A stretch of 64,000 nt of DNA from Octopus sinensis (GCF_006345805.1 NC_042997.1:20212001-20276000); one strand, 5' to 3'. Shown: positions 27,271 to 39,850, counted from the stretch's first letter. Notes: a model not told the origin generated them from the letters alone. Made by a program: numbers and translations.

Positions 27271-28267
27271 CTAAAAAATGGAAGTGAAGATTCAGATTTC
27301 ACTTTTCAAAATGTCTTATTGTATTTCCCCATTATTGTTGACTGGTTATTTGTTAGTTTCATTGAGAATATTTATGTGCTTCTCATACTGATGAGGTCCA
27401 TATGGGACACTTTGCTGATATATTTCACACACCTTATCTTGGAAAGAAAAAAGTCATTTCATGGTAAATAGTATTTTGCCAAAAGTGGAGTTACTTTTGA
27501 CTGCAGCTAATCAGAAGACATAAAAAAAGATTGTTTTTAAAATAATGCTGCTTTTTTTTTTTTAACTGGAAATGGGTTTAGAGTTTTGTAGGTAAGAAGA
27601 AAGAAAATTTTTGTTTTCAAGCAATAACCACTGCATTATATATATTGCGTAATATCGAAGGATATAACAAAAAATGCATGACAATGCCCGCAGCAGTAAA
27701 TGAATATGTGAGCTTTAACTAAATAAGGTAAATATTATTCCATTTATTCTAAAAAAAAAAAATTAATTTTTTTCCTAAAATCCATATATTAGATAATGAA
27801 TCTAGACTTTTATTTATTATCACAGTTAGTGCTGTTTCTATTTTCTTTGTAATATTTTCAGTTCATATTTTGACTTCTGGCACATAATATAGGAAGTAGC
27901 TGGCTATTTTGTTTTGCTTGTAAGTTTTTGCTGGTTTTGCTTTTGGACTTGCTGCCTTTTCAAACATCATCCTGTGGGCTACCACTAGCCTTAATTTTGA
28001 ATCAGGATTAATATTCTCTTACTAGCTTCAGGGTTATTCTCTATCTCATATCGAGTTGGGGATTTTATGAATGAAATAAATGAAAGCAGATCAGGCAGGT
28101 TTATCAACAGAAACAGTAGAAAGGTTCATTTTCCATTTTGATTTGAGCCATATCTATTCTATGGTGGTTTAACAGGTAGATATTCTTTATGAGAAATGCA
28201 GTTACAAGAAAACTGAAACAAAAGAAACTAAGAAAGTCAAAAACTTCAGTGAAATAAAAGATAAACC

Positions 28268-28440
28268 GAGTGGCTGTGTGGTGAGTAGCTTGCTTACCAA
28301 CTACATGATGCTGGGTTCATTCCCACTGCATGGCACCTTGGGCAAGTGTCTTCTACTATAGCCTCAGGCCTAGCAAAGCCTTGTGAGTGGATTTGTTAGA
28401 TGGAAACTGAAAGAAGCCATTGTATATATGTATATATGTA

Positions 28441-28479
<39 letters not shown>

Positions 28480-28692
28480 TTGTGTGTCTGTGTTTGTCCC
28501 CCCAACACCGCTAGACAACCAATGCTGGTGTGTTTATGTCCCCGTCATTTAGCAGTTCAGCAAGAGGGATCGATAGAATAAGTACTAGGCTTACAAAGAA
28601 TAAGTCCTGGGGTTGATTTGCTCAATTAAAGGTGGTGCTTCAGCATGCTGCTGTCAAATGACTGAAACAAATAAAAGAAAGAAAAAAGAAAG
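28268..28692 (+). mobile_element. SINE family A copy
   Basis: Colinear with 9922-10336. Confidence 0.9.
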
Positions 28693-29063
28693 GAATATTA
28701 AAATAACTTGAACAGTATTGTAGTTATAACTGTCATAAATTTCCACTGAATAACAAGAAATGCCAGAAATTTTGCTATTTTTTGTAATTTTTTGTCCCAC
28801 AACATTTAGATCAATATGGTTGATGTTCATTTCAAACTAACCAATTGTTGTCTGTAGAGAAAGTGTAAGAAATGTGCAGGTTTGATGATGATGATGATAG
28901 GATCAAAATTGTTTAGTACAAAGTCTACATAGTAGAGATGATAAGTGAGATGGTTACTCAAAGACACAAATCAGTAAATTGCTTTTACAATTTTCTTACT
29001 CTAACTTTGTTTTTTGCAGTTGTTTACCTCATAATAGTAGGGATGATAGTAGGTATGTATTTG

Positions 29064-29402
29064 GGAAGGCGCATGGCTTAGTGGTTAGAGTGTAGAGCTT
29101 TCGATCGTGAGGTTGTGAGTTTGATTCCCGGACTGGGCTATGTGGTGTGTTCTTGAGCAAGACACTTTATTTCACGTTGCTCCAGTTAACTCATCTGTAG
29201 AAATGAGTTGCGACATCACTGGTGCCAAGCTGTATTGGCCTTTGCCTTTCCCTTGGATAACATCAGTGGTGTGGAGAGGGGAGGTTGATATGCATGGGCA
29301 ACTGCTAGCCTTCCACAAACAATCTTGTCCTGACTTGTGCCTTGGAAGATAACTTTCTATGTGCAATCCCATGGTCATTCATGACCGAAGGGGGTCTCCT
29401 CT
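29064..29402 (+). mobile_element. Full-length tRNA-derived CORE-like SINE (family C)
   Basis: A-box GGCTTAGTGGTTAGAG, B-box GTTTGATTCCC, CTTGAGCAAGACACTT core; 11-bp TSD TAGGTATGTAT (29050-29060 / 29403-29413). Confidence 0.9.
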
Positions 29403-30469
29403 TAGGTATGTATATGTTATGCTTCACAGCTTTCATAAGGAGTACCATTTGTAGCATGCATTCATTCAACAATAATTGCAATAACTAGATGGGTCTTCCT
29501 CAGCACTCTATGTCACCAGTCAACGTGGTCGGCTTCAAATAGATCTATAATCAAAGGTAATCTAGTAGCTACTAACACAACATTTATAAATATGGTAGTA
29601 TGTCATTTGAGGAAATTTGGTTACTATTTCTAGCAAGGCATATGGCTATTTAGATGCTCACACTTTAGCTTTCTCTACTTTTGAAATTGTTTGCTCTTAT
29701 ATATTGAAGAATTATTGTGGTCATGAGACTTTACCATGCTGCAATATAAAATATTTATCTTTCATGAAAAATTTCTTTTCCAATTAAATTCTAAATCTCT
29801 TAAGGATAACATTAAGTTGAATAAATGCCGAAAATAAGTAAAACACCTAAAACTTTACAGACTGACACATCACTCTGACCTCATATGAAATTGCACATCA
29901 AAATTTCATTAGTTAGTTGCTGTCAATAATTCTAGGTGATTCCATTATTTATTTTGCTTTTTCCTTGTCAAATGATTTATTAATTCAGTTTTCTTATTTC
30001 TACTTCCTGTCAAAAAAGTACACGTTAATTCATTAATATAATTTGAAAAGTGATTTGAATGCATCAATATTAGTAAGTTTTGAGATATAGGCACATAAAA
30101 AATGATGTTTAGAAGCAATAGTTTATGAAGGAAGTTTAATGCAAAAATCCCCTGACTACAAAATGTTATTAGATTGTAATAATAAGACAACACGAGTAAT
30201 ATGAAAGATAAATAGCAAACAATGTGGAGAAGTTTCACCGGTCAGGTGATGATAAAAAGAACAATTTCTGTCATATCAAAAGTAGTGAGAACATAGTATA
30301 TGTGTTTGTATATGTATACAAGCAAATATATCTGTCAGTATACATATATATATCCATACATACATATATACATTTGTTAAATATAAAAAAAATACATATC
30401 CTGTATAGATAATGCATACATATATATATATATATTAGGAAGAGAGACATAAACAGATAGACAGACACG

Positions 30470-30503
<34 letters not shown>

Positions 30504-30566
30504 CACATATACATACATACACACACACACATACACACGTACACACATATATGTATATATATATTG

Positions 30567-30780
30567 ATTTCAAATTTTGGTGCACAGCCAGTAATTTTGG
30601 GGAAGGGTCTAAGTTGATCACATCGACTCCAGTGTTTAACTGGTACTTATTTTATCGACCCCTTGAGAATACGAAAGGCAAAGTTGACCTTGGCAGAATT
30701 TGAACATAGAATATAATGATGGACAAAATGCTGCTAAACATTTTACCTGGTGGACTAACGATTCTGCCAGCTCGTTGCCT
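30567..30780 (-). mobile_element. SINE family B-related copy
   Basis: Reverse complement of the B head and core with an alternative 3' tail. Confidence 0.75.
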
Positions 30781-31461
30781 TTAGACACATATATCTATTA
30801 AAAATCAAAATGAAGAAAATTCTTGCAGAATATTATCATGCATAAAAGTAAGAAACTATTAACAATTTTATGAAAATATGCTACTGGTTTCAACCACTTT
30901 ACAAATATATTTTAGTCATGCTGAAATGAAGAAAAATGTAATTCAAAGTAAATTAAATCAAATTAATTTTTCATGATATCAGTTCTGGAAGTTCACACAT
31001 CAGAATGATAACTATACAGTACTTAGGGCTACAAAGAGAAAAAGAGGCATGTTGGGAAAGTTCCAAGATGTGCAGGGTGAGTGAATGTTATCTTACTCCT
31101 ATCTGCTGTATTGTTATTATGCTGCTGTTCTTCAGCTTACCTCTGTTGGCAGTCATTACCACATTTCCCCTACCTTTTCACCAACTCATGTTAGTCATTG
31201 ATCACTCCTTCATCCTTTTTCACCATACACTATATTCACACCACCAACCTCATATACATAAATATATATATATATATCCATGTATATGTATATATACATA
31301 TATATATTATAATAAAGGGGAAAAATCATTAATGAATTTAACGAGGGGTCAGCACAGAAATAAAAACCTTATAGGTAAATTTTACAAATATTATAATTGT
31401 ATATATAATTATAACAAGGGATTGGCTATAAGCCTCTCCACATGCTAGAAAAAATAGATTA

Positions 31462-31497
<36 letters not shown>

Positions 31498-32075
31498 CAA
31501 GTTTTAGCTCACATGCTGTGGCCATGCTGGGGCACCGCCATTTGGTGTTGCTACATGATTTTACTTCATGAATGCTTTTTAGCAAATGCCATTTGGTGCA
31601 TGAGAGAGTTCAATGCAGCTGCCCCCATCTGCAACTCCTGCCATGAAGTTGGTTCATCTGGGACACCTAACAGGAAGAGATCCAGTTTTATTTTAAAGAC
31701 ATCTGCATCCTCCCCATGCAGGTCTCTCAGGTCCTTCGGGAGGATATTGAAGAACTGTGGGCCTCTGAAGCCCAGGCTGTCACAGTATCGTGTCCTACAT
31801 CTTGATGGCAAATTTGAAGTTCTTGGCACTATGCAGTGGTGCTCAGTTCTAGTGTTTGTGTAACTCTCAATGCCAAAGTTTGGGACAAGTTCTTCTAGGA
31901 TCTTCCAGATGTATATTATGGCATATCTTTCTCGGCTACGCTCTAAGAAATAGAGTCTTAATCTCTTGAGTCTTTCCCAGTAGCTTATATGCTGCACAGA
32001 GGCTATCTTCTTCGTGTAGCTTCATTGGATCGCCTCAAGTTCTGTGATTAATTTGATGCCTAAAGATGCTATTAC
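31462..32075 (-). mobile_element. 5'-truncated CR1-type LINE (RT C-terminus, 3' end, (TAA)n tail)
   Basis: ORF 31566-31997: SYWERLKRLRLYFLERSRERYAIIYIWK...RGPQFFNILPKDLR...FKIKLDLFL, a typical CR1/L2-group C-terminus. Confidence 0.85.
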
Positions 32076-32845
32076 TACCTTAAAAACTCTGAAAAATAAA
32101 ACACAGGCTGTAGTCAGTCAAAAGAAAAATAATGAACTAAGCTTATAGTTAACCAAGATCCTGTTTTAAGCTTAAGGTAAAAAAAATTTATACCTACTGC
32201 TCTCATCAGTAACGATATTCCATAGCATAAAGTGATGAGTATCTACACTTATGTATGCGAGCGTCTATTTTTCTAGCATATGGAGAGGTTTATAGCCAAT
32301 CCCTTGTTGTAATTATGTACATAATTATTATAATATTTGTCAAATTTACCTATAAGATAAATGACTGTGTGTAGATATAAATCTACACACAGCCATTATG
32401 GATTACTGTAAAGGATTTTACCACAGATGTATATTATTTCTTCAAAATTTTTAGCCCAAGTTTGTACCAAAGCACATCTATGCCAGTAACTTTTTTAAAC
32501 AATATCTTTTTTATATATTTTAAAATAGCATTCAATTGACTACATGGAAATTCACTCTTCTTCTCTGATGAGTGGATGTATTACCTAATAATGATTATCA
32601 ATTTTAGATTTCATTCTGAAGGGTAATACATTCATAAAACAATCGTTAGATATTTTAAACTTTTTAAATAATTATATTTTATATATTTATATATCTATCT
32701 ATTAATACAATATCATTTTGGACACATATCTTTTGTGATGATTTTTCGATGTAATTTTTCCTGCTCCTTTATAATATATAATTGCTCTTATTAAATGTCT
32801 GAATACCTTTAAGGTTTAAATATATATATATATATATATATATAT

Positions 32846-33256
32846 ACTCTTTACTCTCTTTTACTCTTTTACTTGTTTCAGTCAGTTGACTGCAGCCATG
32901 CTAGAGCACCGCCTTTAGTCGAGCAAATCGACCCCAGGACTTATTCTTTGTAAGCCTAGTACTTATTCTATCAGTCTGTCTTGCCGAACTGCTAAGTTAC
33001 GGGGTCGTAAACACATCACCATCGGTTATCAACCGATGTTGGCGGGAAAAACACAGACACACAAACATATACACACACATACACACACATATATACATAT
33101 ATATGACAGGCTTCTTTCAGTTTCCGTCTACCAAACCCACTCACAAGGCTTTGGTTGGCCCGAGACTATAGTAGTAAACACTTGCCCAAGGTGCCACACC
33201 GTGGGACTGAACTCAGAACCATGTGGTTGGTAAGCAAGCTACTTACCACACAGCCA
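32846..33256 (-). mobile_element. SINE family A copy
   Basis: Reverse complement of the family A consensus. Confidence 0.9.
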
Positions 33257-35259
33257 TATATATAAATATATATATGTATATATGTGCATCAAAGTAGTAT
33301 TTAATTTGAATAGCCATCCATGTATCGCACCTAATAAATAAACACTGTTGATATCCCAGTTACTGCAGTATTTGTCCTGAGATAACTTCTCTTATTTACT
33401 TATTGTGTTTAAAAAAGCTATAGATTTCAGAGAGAGGGATTAAAATTTGTGCTGTCTGCTGCCAGTAAGTGTGCTAGGTGCATTTGGTTTGCTTTCAGCA
33501 GTGAAAGCACCCAGCCACATGCTCAGATGAGAATTCATTGTATCTGATAAAAGAAAAAGGAAATAAAACGTTCACTTATGCTGCATACAGCTACCCAGTT
33601 GATTAAAAAATAAGCTTTATATTCTCTGCATGATAAATATGGAACAAAATTAAAACAACTTTAAATGTCACACAAAAAAAAAAATATATGGATTTACTAT
33701 GAGCATATGTAAATTTGGCAAGTTTGTAAATAAATAAACATGCATACTTTTAGAAAGAAGCATGCATCTCTTCTGTTTTACTCTGTTGTGCAGAGGGTTG
33801 CAAATGGTTTAAGTATATTGTCTCTTTTCACTGTGTGGCTACATTTATATTTATTAAATGCATGCATGAATATATATTTATAAATAGAAATAACGGCAAA
33901 CACATTGCTTCAGTGGTATGTGAATGCATATTTATGTTATGTATGTATGTTTACAATCACAAACCATTAAGTTTAGGCTCTTCAAGTTACCATGGAGAAC
34001 ACAAGAAGAAAAATTATGTAGCTCTTGTTTCCCTGATGTTAATAAAATTTATTTAAATTGGTTAAAATTAATTGGATTGTTGCAAATGGAATCTACTCAA
34101 TTTATCGTTTCAATTAAACAATATGCAAACTGCTTTGTACATGTGTGTAGAAAAGCATTGTTTCTACATAAGATTAAAATATGCACAAAATAGATTTCCT
34201 GCATTGATATAACAACTCAGGATTTTATGACATGTGAAGTTGTGGTGCTCATGCTTTGTCAGTGATGTTGATGATGTGAAACCATTTTAAGCTGAAAATG
34301 AAACCATAGTATTACCAAAAATATCAAGAATCTTTCAACACTCCTTGATGTCTGACTGGAGGTGATGTAGAGAGAATCATGCTTCCCAGTGTTAAATGAG
34401 TTTTTTGAGAAGTTAATGAGTACATTTGATTAAATCAACTTTTAGATAGCTGTAAGCATGAAGCTGTTCTGCTTATGAACTTTGTAACATGGTTCTAGGT
34501 ACCATCTTCTATTCTGGTATTGTGGGCAAGAGGCTTCAGGTTGATCAATAACTTGTGGGAAGAATTTGGCAGACAGAAAGTATGCACAAGCCCTTTGCCT
34601 ATTTAATGCATACATCCATGCATATACATACATGCTTACATACATACACCCACAGACACACATACCATCATCATCATCATCATTTAACATCCGTTGACTA
34701 TATATATATATTTATGATTTGGTCATATATATGACCATATATTCATATATATATATACATATCATCATCATCATCATCATCGTTTAACGTCCGTTTTCCG
34801 CGCTAGCACGGGTTGGACGGTTTCGACCGGGGTCTGGGGAGCTAGGGACTGCTCTAGGCTCCAGTCTAGTCTGGCAGTGTTTCTACAGCTGGATGCCCTT
34901 CCTAACGCCAACCACTCCACGAGTGTAGTGGGTGTTTTTTACGTGCCACCTGCACAGGTGCCAGAGGGGTCTGGCATCGGCCACGTTCGGATGGTGCTTT
35001 TTTTTTTATGTGGGGGGGGGCAGAAATATAGGGGAGCACCAGTGGGGAGGGGTGGTTCAGAGAAATGATGACAGGTTCTTAGGCAAGTAGAACGTAGGAT
35101 ATCAAGAGGGTAATGCATGGTGAAATAGCGTATTGAGGAGGGGGGTTCGAAGAGTAGACACCTATAATGGTGGTGGGAGAAACAACATCCGGTATAGATG
35201 GAGCAAAAATATAGATATCCGGTATTGGTGGTGGGGGTGGGCAGGGTGGGTGCACCGCG

Positions 35260-35785
35260 AATACGCGAAGGTTGAAAAAAGATGATAGAGCGAGACTTGG
35301 TCGGGCAGAATTAATAGAGGAGAAATTAGATACAATAGTTAGATAGATAAATAACAACAGATAGGAAAACATGTATGATTGGTCGAGAAGTGAAGTGAAA
35401 ATAAATAAAAATAAATATAAGCATTCAAACTTAGCTGTGCTCGAGGTTATAGCTGCTAGATGAATGAATGAGAGAGCACATGTTGCCTTAAGTAAAGAAA
35501 TTGACCGGAAAGGAATTTTTGGACAAGGCGGAAGTGTATTAAGGGAACAGGCTTCAAAGATGGCGGAGATCGATAGACAAATACGCGAGGGTTGAAAAAA
35601 AAAAAAGATGACAGAGCGAGACTTGGTCGGGCAGAGTTAATAGAGGAGAAATTAGATACAATAGTTAGATAGATAAATAACAACAGATAGGAAAACATGT
35701 ATGATTGGTCGAGAAGTGAAGTGAAAATAAATAAAAATAAATATAAGCATTCAAACTTAGCTGTGCTCGAGATTATAGCTGCTAA
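35260..35785 (+). repeat. Two ~200-bp near-identical direct repeats (35260-35459, 35580-35785) ending in hairpin plus CTAG/CTAA
   Basis: Direct alignment; AGCTGTGCTCGAGGTTATAGCTGCTAG resembles a Helitron 3' end. Confidence 0.8.
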
Positions 35786-36033
35786 TATATATATATATAT
35801 ATGTATATATATGTAAATATATATGTATGTATGTATATATATATATATCTCAAACATACACAGGCACACACACATGCATATACATGTGCACACACACATA
35901 CACATACACACACACATGCTCAGAGAGACAGATTCAAAGATAATTAGAGTGTCTTATCTTATGTTGTGTCTCTTGATGTGCTATTAGCAGTAAGATAAAC
36001 TGAAGTTAATAATATAAGTATTATACTGAATTT

Positions 36034-36466
36034 CGAGGGAGTGATGAAAAGTTCCTGGCTTTAAATTTATTGCAAAAAGACTGGTTGGAGAGCCAGCCTT
36101 CCAAGTTCTTTTACAGGGTTTAGTAAAATTGAAGGACTGCAGCAGTAAGTGTGTGAATCTGTATGTTGAATAAAATCATAATTGACCCTTTCGTTACCAA
36201 CACGGCTGAAACTGCCTGTGGCTCTATAGTACAAATGTCTTGTTTTCAAAAGTTCTGAATTAAAATCTTTCAACAAACCTTAGTCACAATTTATATTCCA
36301 AACACCAGCTTAATGATAACAAAGTTATTTTACTAAATTCTTTGTTATATTTAAAATAATTGAAAGAAACACAGAACATCTCAACAAAAATATGGTAAAA
36401 AAAGGGTTAACTGATCCTCCTGTATTTTCTTTTACCAAAAGCCAGAAACTTTTCGGCACCCCCTCA
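36034..36466. mobile_element. Mariner-type MITE with nested insertion
   Basis: Same TIRs and internal sequence as 55995-56210, split at the TTAA site. Confidence 0.8.
36186..36406. mobile_element. piggyBac-type MITE
   Basis: Termini CCCTTT...AAAGGG; TSD TTGA/TTAA at the position where the empty host MITE reads ATAATTAACTGAT. Confidence 0.8.
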
Positions 36467-36674
36467 TATATACTGGGATCAATGTTATCCTCTCAACTTT
36501 TGAAAGTTTTGCACCAGCATAGGTGTAAAGGAATAAAATATATTACTGGTATTGAGAATTATTTCATCTCAGCTGTGTAAAAAGAATTAACTATTTAAGC
36601 ATTGTAAAATATAGGATGTTCATGTTTTGAGAGAAGAGATGAATTTTGATGATTCAGTACGGTTCTTTTAAATA

Positions 36675-37082
36675 CTTTTTTACTCTTTTACTTGTTTCAG
36701 TTAGTTGACTGCGGCCATGCTGGTGCAGCACCTTTAGTCAAGCAAATTGACCCCAGGACTTATTCTTTGTAAGCCTAGTACTTACTCTATTGGTCTCTTT
36801 TGCCGAACTGCTAAGTTACAGGGACATAAACACACCAGCATCGGTTATCAAGTGATGTTGGGAGGACAAACACAGACACACAAACTTATACACACACATA
36901 CATATATATATATATACATACGATGGGCTTCTTTCAGTTTCTGTCTACCAAAATCCACTCAAGGCTTTGGTCAGCCCAAGGCTATAGTTGAAGACACTTG
37001 CCCAAGGTTCCACGCAGTGGGACTGAACCTGGAACCATGTGGTTAGTAATCAAGCTACTTACAACACAGCCACTCCTACGTC
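36675..37082 (-). mobile_element. SINE family A copy
   Basis: Reverse complement of the family A consensus. Confidence 0.9.
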
Positions 37083-38512
37083 TATACATATTAAGTTTTT
37101 TTTTACCCTCTCTTAATCATTTGTGCTTCCAATAAAATGAATTGCTAAAGAAAGTAAATAGATCCCTTTTGTATATAATATTCATGTATACAGAAAACAA
37201 AGATCACTGATTTTCTCTGTTTCTATGTGTTCCAAATTAGAAATGGCTACAACATGTCATGAAATCCTATGAGACTTCTCTAACCCATAACAGCATAGAT
37301 AAATACATCTAAAATGAAGATTATATTAATGATGATTCCCCGGAGGATGTCACAGTTTTAACAGCTAAATTAGAAGTATTCTGATTAAACAGACAAAGAA
37401 AATATAAAATCACTGATTATAATAATTGCAAAGAAATCTCTCCTTAACATAAAGCATAGAAAGAAGCCAGTGTTACCACAAAGTTCAAGTGTTTTCAGTT
37501 GAAGCAATGATAGTGTTAATATGATTGTTTATTGTAACAAATGTTAAAACCTATTAATATTCAAAATTGTCAGTTGTTAATTGATAACATTATTAATATT
37601 TTTTAAAGTTACAATGTAATCTTTATAACTTCAGGCAAATTGATATTTTGGAAAAATATGGTTTAAGTTTCATTGTAATTTCTTGAAAATGGCTTCAACT
37701 TTATTGATTAAGAGCTCCAGATTTTGAATATTAAAATATTTGAATATTAAAATATAATTATTTATTATATATTTTTGAATTTTTGCTTTGCCAGTGTGTT
37801 CCTCTGTCAATCTTACCGAACTTTCAAAATTCTCAACTCATTACAGCCTGTTGATGGGCTACCAAATTTCTACTGAAGAATTTTTATATGACATAGCCAA
37901 CACAACACATAACACACAAACCCCACCCTACAAGTGGCCTACAAGCATGCTCTTTCTCTTTGACTTTCTGTCACTACTATAAAAGCTGCTTTTAGTTTTT
38001 GAACAAATAGTCTGCATACTATATTTGCTCAAAGTCAACTAGTGTCTTTCTTTCTACCTAATTTTACTGCAGCTTTCTGCAACTTATGCATTAAACACTC
38101 CCTGCTTAGAACCACAGCCATCATAAATTCTCTCACTATCCGGGTCTTTCTTACAGAGGTCAACTACGTTAACACAACTTGTTTTAGTAGAACTAACAAT
38201 TTCATAATGACCCTTCACTTGCAAATTGAAGATGCTAGTGGATTATTGCCATCAAACAATGATATTCACATGACTACTAACAAAAAAATGTTCTTTTCAT
38301 ATTTTTCCTATCATGTATGAAATTGCATGAAATTAGACATGCCTAAATTCAATCTGAATTAAAATCTCTAGTCATCTTACATAAAAGTATTAAAAACTCA
38401 CTCTAATGTTTTAAAAGTAATATGTAAACAAACACTCACACACAACCATGCCATATGTATGTGTGTATGTGTGTGTGTGTGTGTGTGTAGATAGGTAGAT
38501 AGATAGGTAGAG

Positions 38513-38549
<37 letters not shown>

Positions 38550-38789
38550 TGTAAAGGTAAGATCCAAAGATCATGGTGTAGAAGGTTAGTGAGCTTCAAA
38601 CAATCTCTAGAAGATATAAAAAACAGCTTTGAAGAACAATAGTGGCATATTAGTGCAAAAGGTCATGAAGTTTTCCTATATTGAAGTATGATAAGCTGCA
38701 AAAAGTTGATTTTATAGTTCACAGTTAACAACAGAAGTTGTTGTATAAGCAAATAGACATTCAAAAGTTAAGTAAGGAGTAGATAAAAT

Positions 38790-38879
38790 CTGGCTACATA
38801 TGTTTCATAGTTAGCAGGACCTAGAAAGTATTACATTACCCAAAGTGAGGGGCAGACTACAAGCTACTCTTCAGACCAA
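38790..38879 (-). ncRNA. Type I hammerhead ribozyme motif with long stem-II loop (left palindrome arm)
   Basis: Minus strand: TTGGT CTGAAGA GTAG...(~55 nt)...CTAT GAAAC ATAT GTA GCCAG; complete core, 5-bp stem I with G-U pairs, palindromic ACATATGT stem III. Confidence 0.7.
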
Positions 38880-38996
38880 AGATACCTTAATTATATGAAG
38901 TTTACATTGTTTTTGGGAGATACAATGTTAACTTGTTGGGGATTCAATCGTGCTAACATGGGATCTCCCAGTGACAATGTAAACTTCATATAATCC

Positions 38997-39083
38997 TTGG
39001 CCTGAAGAGTAGCTGGCAGTCTACTCCTTGTTTTGATAATTTGCTACTTCCAAGGTTTCGCTAGCTATGAAATATATGTAGCC
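38997..39083 (+). ncRNA. Type I hammerhead ribozyme motif with long stem-II loop (right palindrome arm)
   Basis: GGC CTGAAGA GTAGC...(~50 nt)...GCTAT GAAAT ATAT GTA GCC; C15.2 replaced by U, giving a U-G wobble. Confidence 0.6.
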
Positions 39084-39199
39084 TGCATTTTATCTACTCT
39101 ATTCCCTTATTTTTTTTAATATATATATAAATATATACATATATATATATATATGTATATCTTCTCCTCACTACACCACATGACTTTACACATCACATC

Positions 39200-39540
39200 A
39201 CATATGATGTGCCATACTAATACACACACCAACTAATACATACTAATACGTACTAATACATACTAGTACATACTAATACTTACACCACCCTATACATACA
39301 CACGTCCAGACCCCGCATACGCACTTATACTCTCTCACACACACACACACATACCTATACATACCATACGTACTAATACATACTAATACATACTAATACA
39401 TACACCAACCCCATACATACGCACGTCCAGACCAATCTTATGCACTAATACTCTCTCATACACACACACACACACACACCCTTATACATACTAATACATA
39501 CACCAACCCTATACATACACACATCCAGACCCCTCCCACG
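39200..39540 (+). repeat. C/A-rich compound minisatellite (CATACTAATA)n plus CACCAACCCTATACATACACACGTCCAGAC units
   Basis: Direct read; three higher-order units. Confidence 0.8.
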
Positions 39541-39716
39541 CACTTTTAGCTGGTCCCTCAACCCGTTTATCAACCCTATTATCTCCCCTTATTTCGCTCT
39601 CGCGTCTCATGTTTGATCTTTGACCTCTGGCCGAAATCAGATCGCCATGTTGATTCGTTAGCTACTGCACGCATTTTTTTTCTCTCCTTCTTTCTGTGTT
39701 TTTCTCTCTCTGTGTA

Positions 39717-39754
39717 TCTTTCTGTTGAAGAGCGTAGGCTCGAAACGTTAAAGA
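39717..39754 (+). ncRNA. Minimal type I hammerhead motif, core variant CUGUUGA
   Basis: TCTTT CTGTTGA A GAGC gtag GCTC GAAAC GTT AAAGA; perfect 5-bp stem I and 4-bp stem II. Confidence 0.6.
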
Positions 39755-39850
39755 CTTGTTTTATTATATTTCCTGAGCGCCATACTAATACAATTGTTCG
39801 TTTGTTTTCCACCTGCCTTCGTCTTTTGTTTATTTTCATAAAGCTTCCCG

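Noticed and set aside
27385-27415. CTGATGA-GGTCC-atat-GGGAC hairpin
   Set aside because: No GAAA follows stem II.
29064-29140. tRNA gene candidates at SINE heads (also 19911, 23880-23954, 56700-56774)
   Set aside because: A/B boxes present but no complete cloverleaf; they continue into SINE bodies, with TSDs at three of the four.
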